Shown in pieces: positions 62,372 to 64,000 of a DNA stretch of 64,000 bases. Source of the stretch: an uncultured Acidimicrobiales bacterium (GTDB taxonomy: Bacteria > Actinomycetota > Acidimicrobiia > Acidimicrobiales > SHLQ01); NCBI GenBank assembly GCA_938015295.1, contig CALLQB010000005.1, forward strand, positions 1 to 64,000. The letters run 5' to 3'. The notes under the pieces are model-generated. The model made no database searches. It was not told the DNA's origin and saw only the letters and a list, made by a program, of their open reading frames with translations. The translations under genes were made by a program, and so were the position numbers. The first letter of the stretch is position 1. The number at the start of each line of letters is the position of its first letter.

Positions 62372-64000
62372 CCACCACAGAACCAGCCCCAACCGAAGCC
62401 GAAGAACGTCCGGTTGGTTTCGGACGCCTCCTCCGCAAAGAAGACCCCCGTCTGATTCGAGGCATGGGCAAGTTTGTCGACGACATCCAGATGCCCGGCA
62501 TGTTGCACCTCGCGATCCTCCGGTCGCCGATGGCCCACGCCAAAATTGTGAGCATCGACAAGTCGGCAGCTGAGGCACATCCGAAGGTCGTCGCAGTTAT
62601 CACCGGTGAAGACCTTGCCGAGCAGGGTCTTGCCTGGATGCCCACGTTGTCCAACGACGTGCAGGCAGTGCTTGCCACCGACAAGGTGCGGTTCCAACAC
62701 CAAGAGGTCGCGTTTGTTGTTGCCGAGGATCGTTACTCGGCCCGTGATGCTCTCGAGCTGATCGAGGTCGACTACGAGTGGATCGACCCGGTGGTCGACG
62801 TCCGTTCCGCCATGGACGCCGACACACCGGTCATCCGCGATGACCTTGAGGGCAAAACCGACAACCACATCTTCGATTGGGAGACCGGCGATGAGGCCGC
62901 GACCAACGCAATCTTCGAATCTGCCGACGTAGTCGTCAGCGAAGAAATCATCTACCCGCGGGTGCATCCGGCACCCATGGAGACCTGCGGTTGTGTTGCC
63001 GACGTCGAGCGGGTGAGCGGACAGCTCACGCTGTGGAGTACCACCCAGGCACCCCACGCTCACCGCACGGTCTACGCACTTGTCGCTGGCCTGCCCGAGC
63101 ACAAGATTCGGGTCATCGCCCCAGATATTGGCGGCGGCTTCGGCAACAAGGTACCGATCTACCCAGGGTATGTCTGTGCGATCGTTGCGTCGCTGGTCAT
63201 CGGTAAACCCGTCAAATGGATGGAAGATCGAACCGAAAACCTCGTCAGTACGGGTTTTGCTCGCGATTACGTGATGCAGGGAGAAATTGCCGCCACCAAG
63301 GACGGAAAGATCCTTGCGGTTCGCACAAATGTGCTCGCAGACCACGGCGCCTTCAACGGTGTCGCTGCACCAACCAAGTACCCGGCCGGGTTCTTTGGCG
63401 TGTTCACCGGCAGCTACGACCTTGAGGCGGCGTACTGCAAGATGCAGGCCGTTTACACCAACAAAGCACCGGGCGGCGTTGCCTACGCCTGCTCGTTCCG
63501 CATCACCGAAGCCGTCTATCTCATCGAACGCATCGTCGATTGTCTGGCCTACGAGCTCGAGATGGATCCGGCCGAACTTCGCTTGAAAAACTTCATTCAA
63601 CCCGACCAGTTCCCCTACGAGAGCAAAACGGGCTGGGTGTACGACTCGGGCGACTACGAGCCGGCGATGCGTCTTGCGATGGAGATGGCCGGCTACGACG
63701 AGCTTCGTCGAGAGCAGGCCGAGAAACGCGAGAAGGGCGAGCTGATGGGTATCGGCATTTCGTTCTTCACTGAGGCGGTGGGTGCAGGTCCTCGCAAGGA
63801 CATGGACATCCTCGGCTTGGGTATGGCCGATGGCTGCGAGTTGCGGATCCACCCCACCGGCAAGGCGGTTGTGCGTTTGTCGGTCAAGACCCAGGGTCAG
63901 GGCCACGAAACCACCTTTGCGCAGATCGTCGCTGAGGAGATCGGTATTCCGCCCGAGGACATCGAGGTCATTCACGGCGACACCGACAACACCCCGTTTG
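62368..64000 (+). CDS. coxL: molybdopterin-binding large subunit, form-I-like CO dehydrogenase CoxL (5' partial; runs off the window end)
   Basis: Not in the ORF track because no stop codon lies in the window. ATG at 62368 overlaps the coxS stop (ATGA). Translation MTTTEPAPTEAEERPVGFGRLLRKEDPRLIRGMGKFVDD… contains VAYACSFRITEA (form-I-type AYxCSFR loop). M-S-L gene order. Confidence 0.85.
   Translation, partial: MTTTEPAPTEAEERPVGFGRLLRKEDPRLIRGMGKFVDDIQMPGMLHLAILRSPMAHAKIVSIDKSAAEAHPKVVAVITGEDLAEQGLAWMPTLSNDVQAVLATDKVRFQHQEVAFVVAEDRYSARDALELIEVDYEWIDPVVDVRSAMDADTPVIRDDLEGKTDNHIFDWETGDEAATNAIFESADVVVSEEIIYPRVHPAPMETCGCVADVERVSGQLTLWSTTQAPHAHRTVYALVAGLPEHKIRVIAPDIGGGFGNKVPIYPGYVCAIVASLVIGKPVKWMEDRTENLVSTGFARDYVMQGEIAATKDGKILAVRTNVLADHGAFNGVAAPTKYPAGFFGVFTGSYDLEAAYCKMQAVYTNKAPGGVAYACSFRITEAVYLIERIVDCLAYELEMDPAELRLKNFIQPDQFPYESKTGWVYDSGDYEPAMRLAMEMAGYDELRREQAEKREKGELMGIGISFFTEAVGAGPRKDMDILGLGMADGCELRIHPTGKAVVRLSVKTQGQGHETTFAQIVAEEIGIPPEDIEVIHGDTDNTPF

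Noticed and set aside
62296-63975. 559-aa minus-strand ORF
   Set aside because: It is antisense to coxL, whose sense-frame translation has clear CoxL motifs. It is a shadow ORF.

Overview
High-GC (~65-70%) chromosomal segment, very likely from an actinobacterium: a cysS/mshC (mycothiol ligase) pair, a PspC-type three-component system and a TerY-P-like Ser/Thr kinase / PP2C / vWA / FHA operon are all present. I support about 53 protein-coding genes. I found no rRNA, tRNA, CRISPR array, transposase or integrase. Start to end, the window encodes: an acyltransferase-3 flanked by two membrane-anchored proteins; two SDRs and a GH4 glycosidase; a MarR/azoreductase divergent pair and a VOC protein; an orphan xanthine-dehydrogenase-family Mo subunit; cysS and mshC; a PspC/LiaF-like protein, a PspC-domain histidine kinase and a NarL-type regulator; ilvE; a secreted multi-CBM glycoside hydrolase; a GHMP kinase; an operon of NfeD, flotillin, a 1704-aa AAA+ ATPase and an AIM24-family protein; an NAD(P)H oxidoreductase; an MFS transporter; an ABM monooxygenase; an amidase and an MBL hydrolase; a five-gene phospho-signalling operon in which kinase, phosphatase and FHA protein each carry N-terminal zinc ribbons; a lipoprotein with acidic repeats; YjeF_N; TrpB2; a MocR regulator placed divergently from a class-III aminotransferase plus mmsA; azlCD; agmatinase; a ~1000-aa secreted beta-propeller/discoidin protein ending in five Cys-bracketed tandem repeats; an aldehyde dehydrogenase; a LysR regulator; and the start of a form-I-like coxMSL CO-dehydrogenase locus. 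The candidate for a new system is the NfeD-flotillin-giant AAA+ ATPase-AIM24 module at 21.6-30.3 kb. Secondary observations are the triple zinc-ribbon TerY-P-like operon, several short tandem repeats in intergenic and coding DNA, and long palindromic bidirectional terminators.
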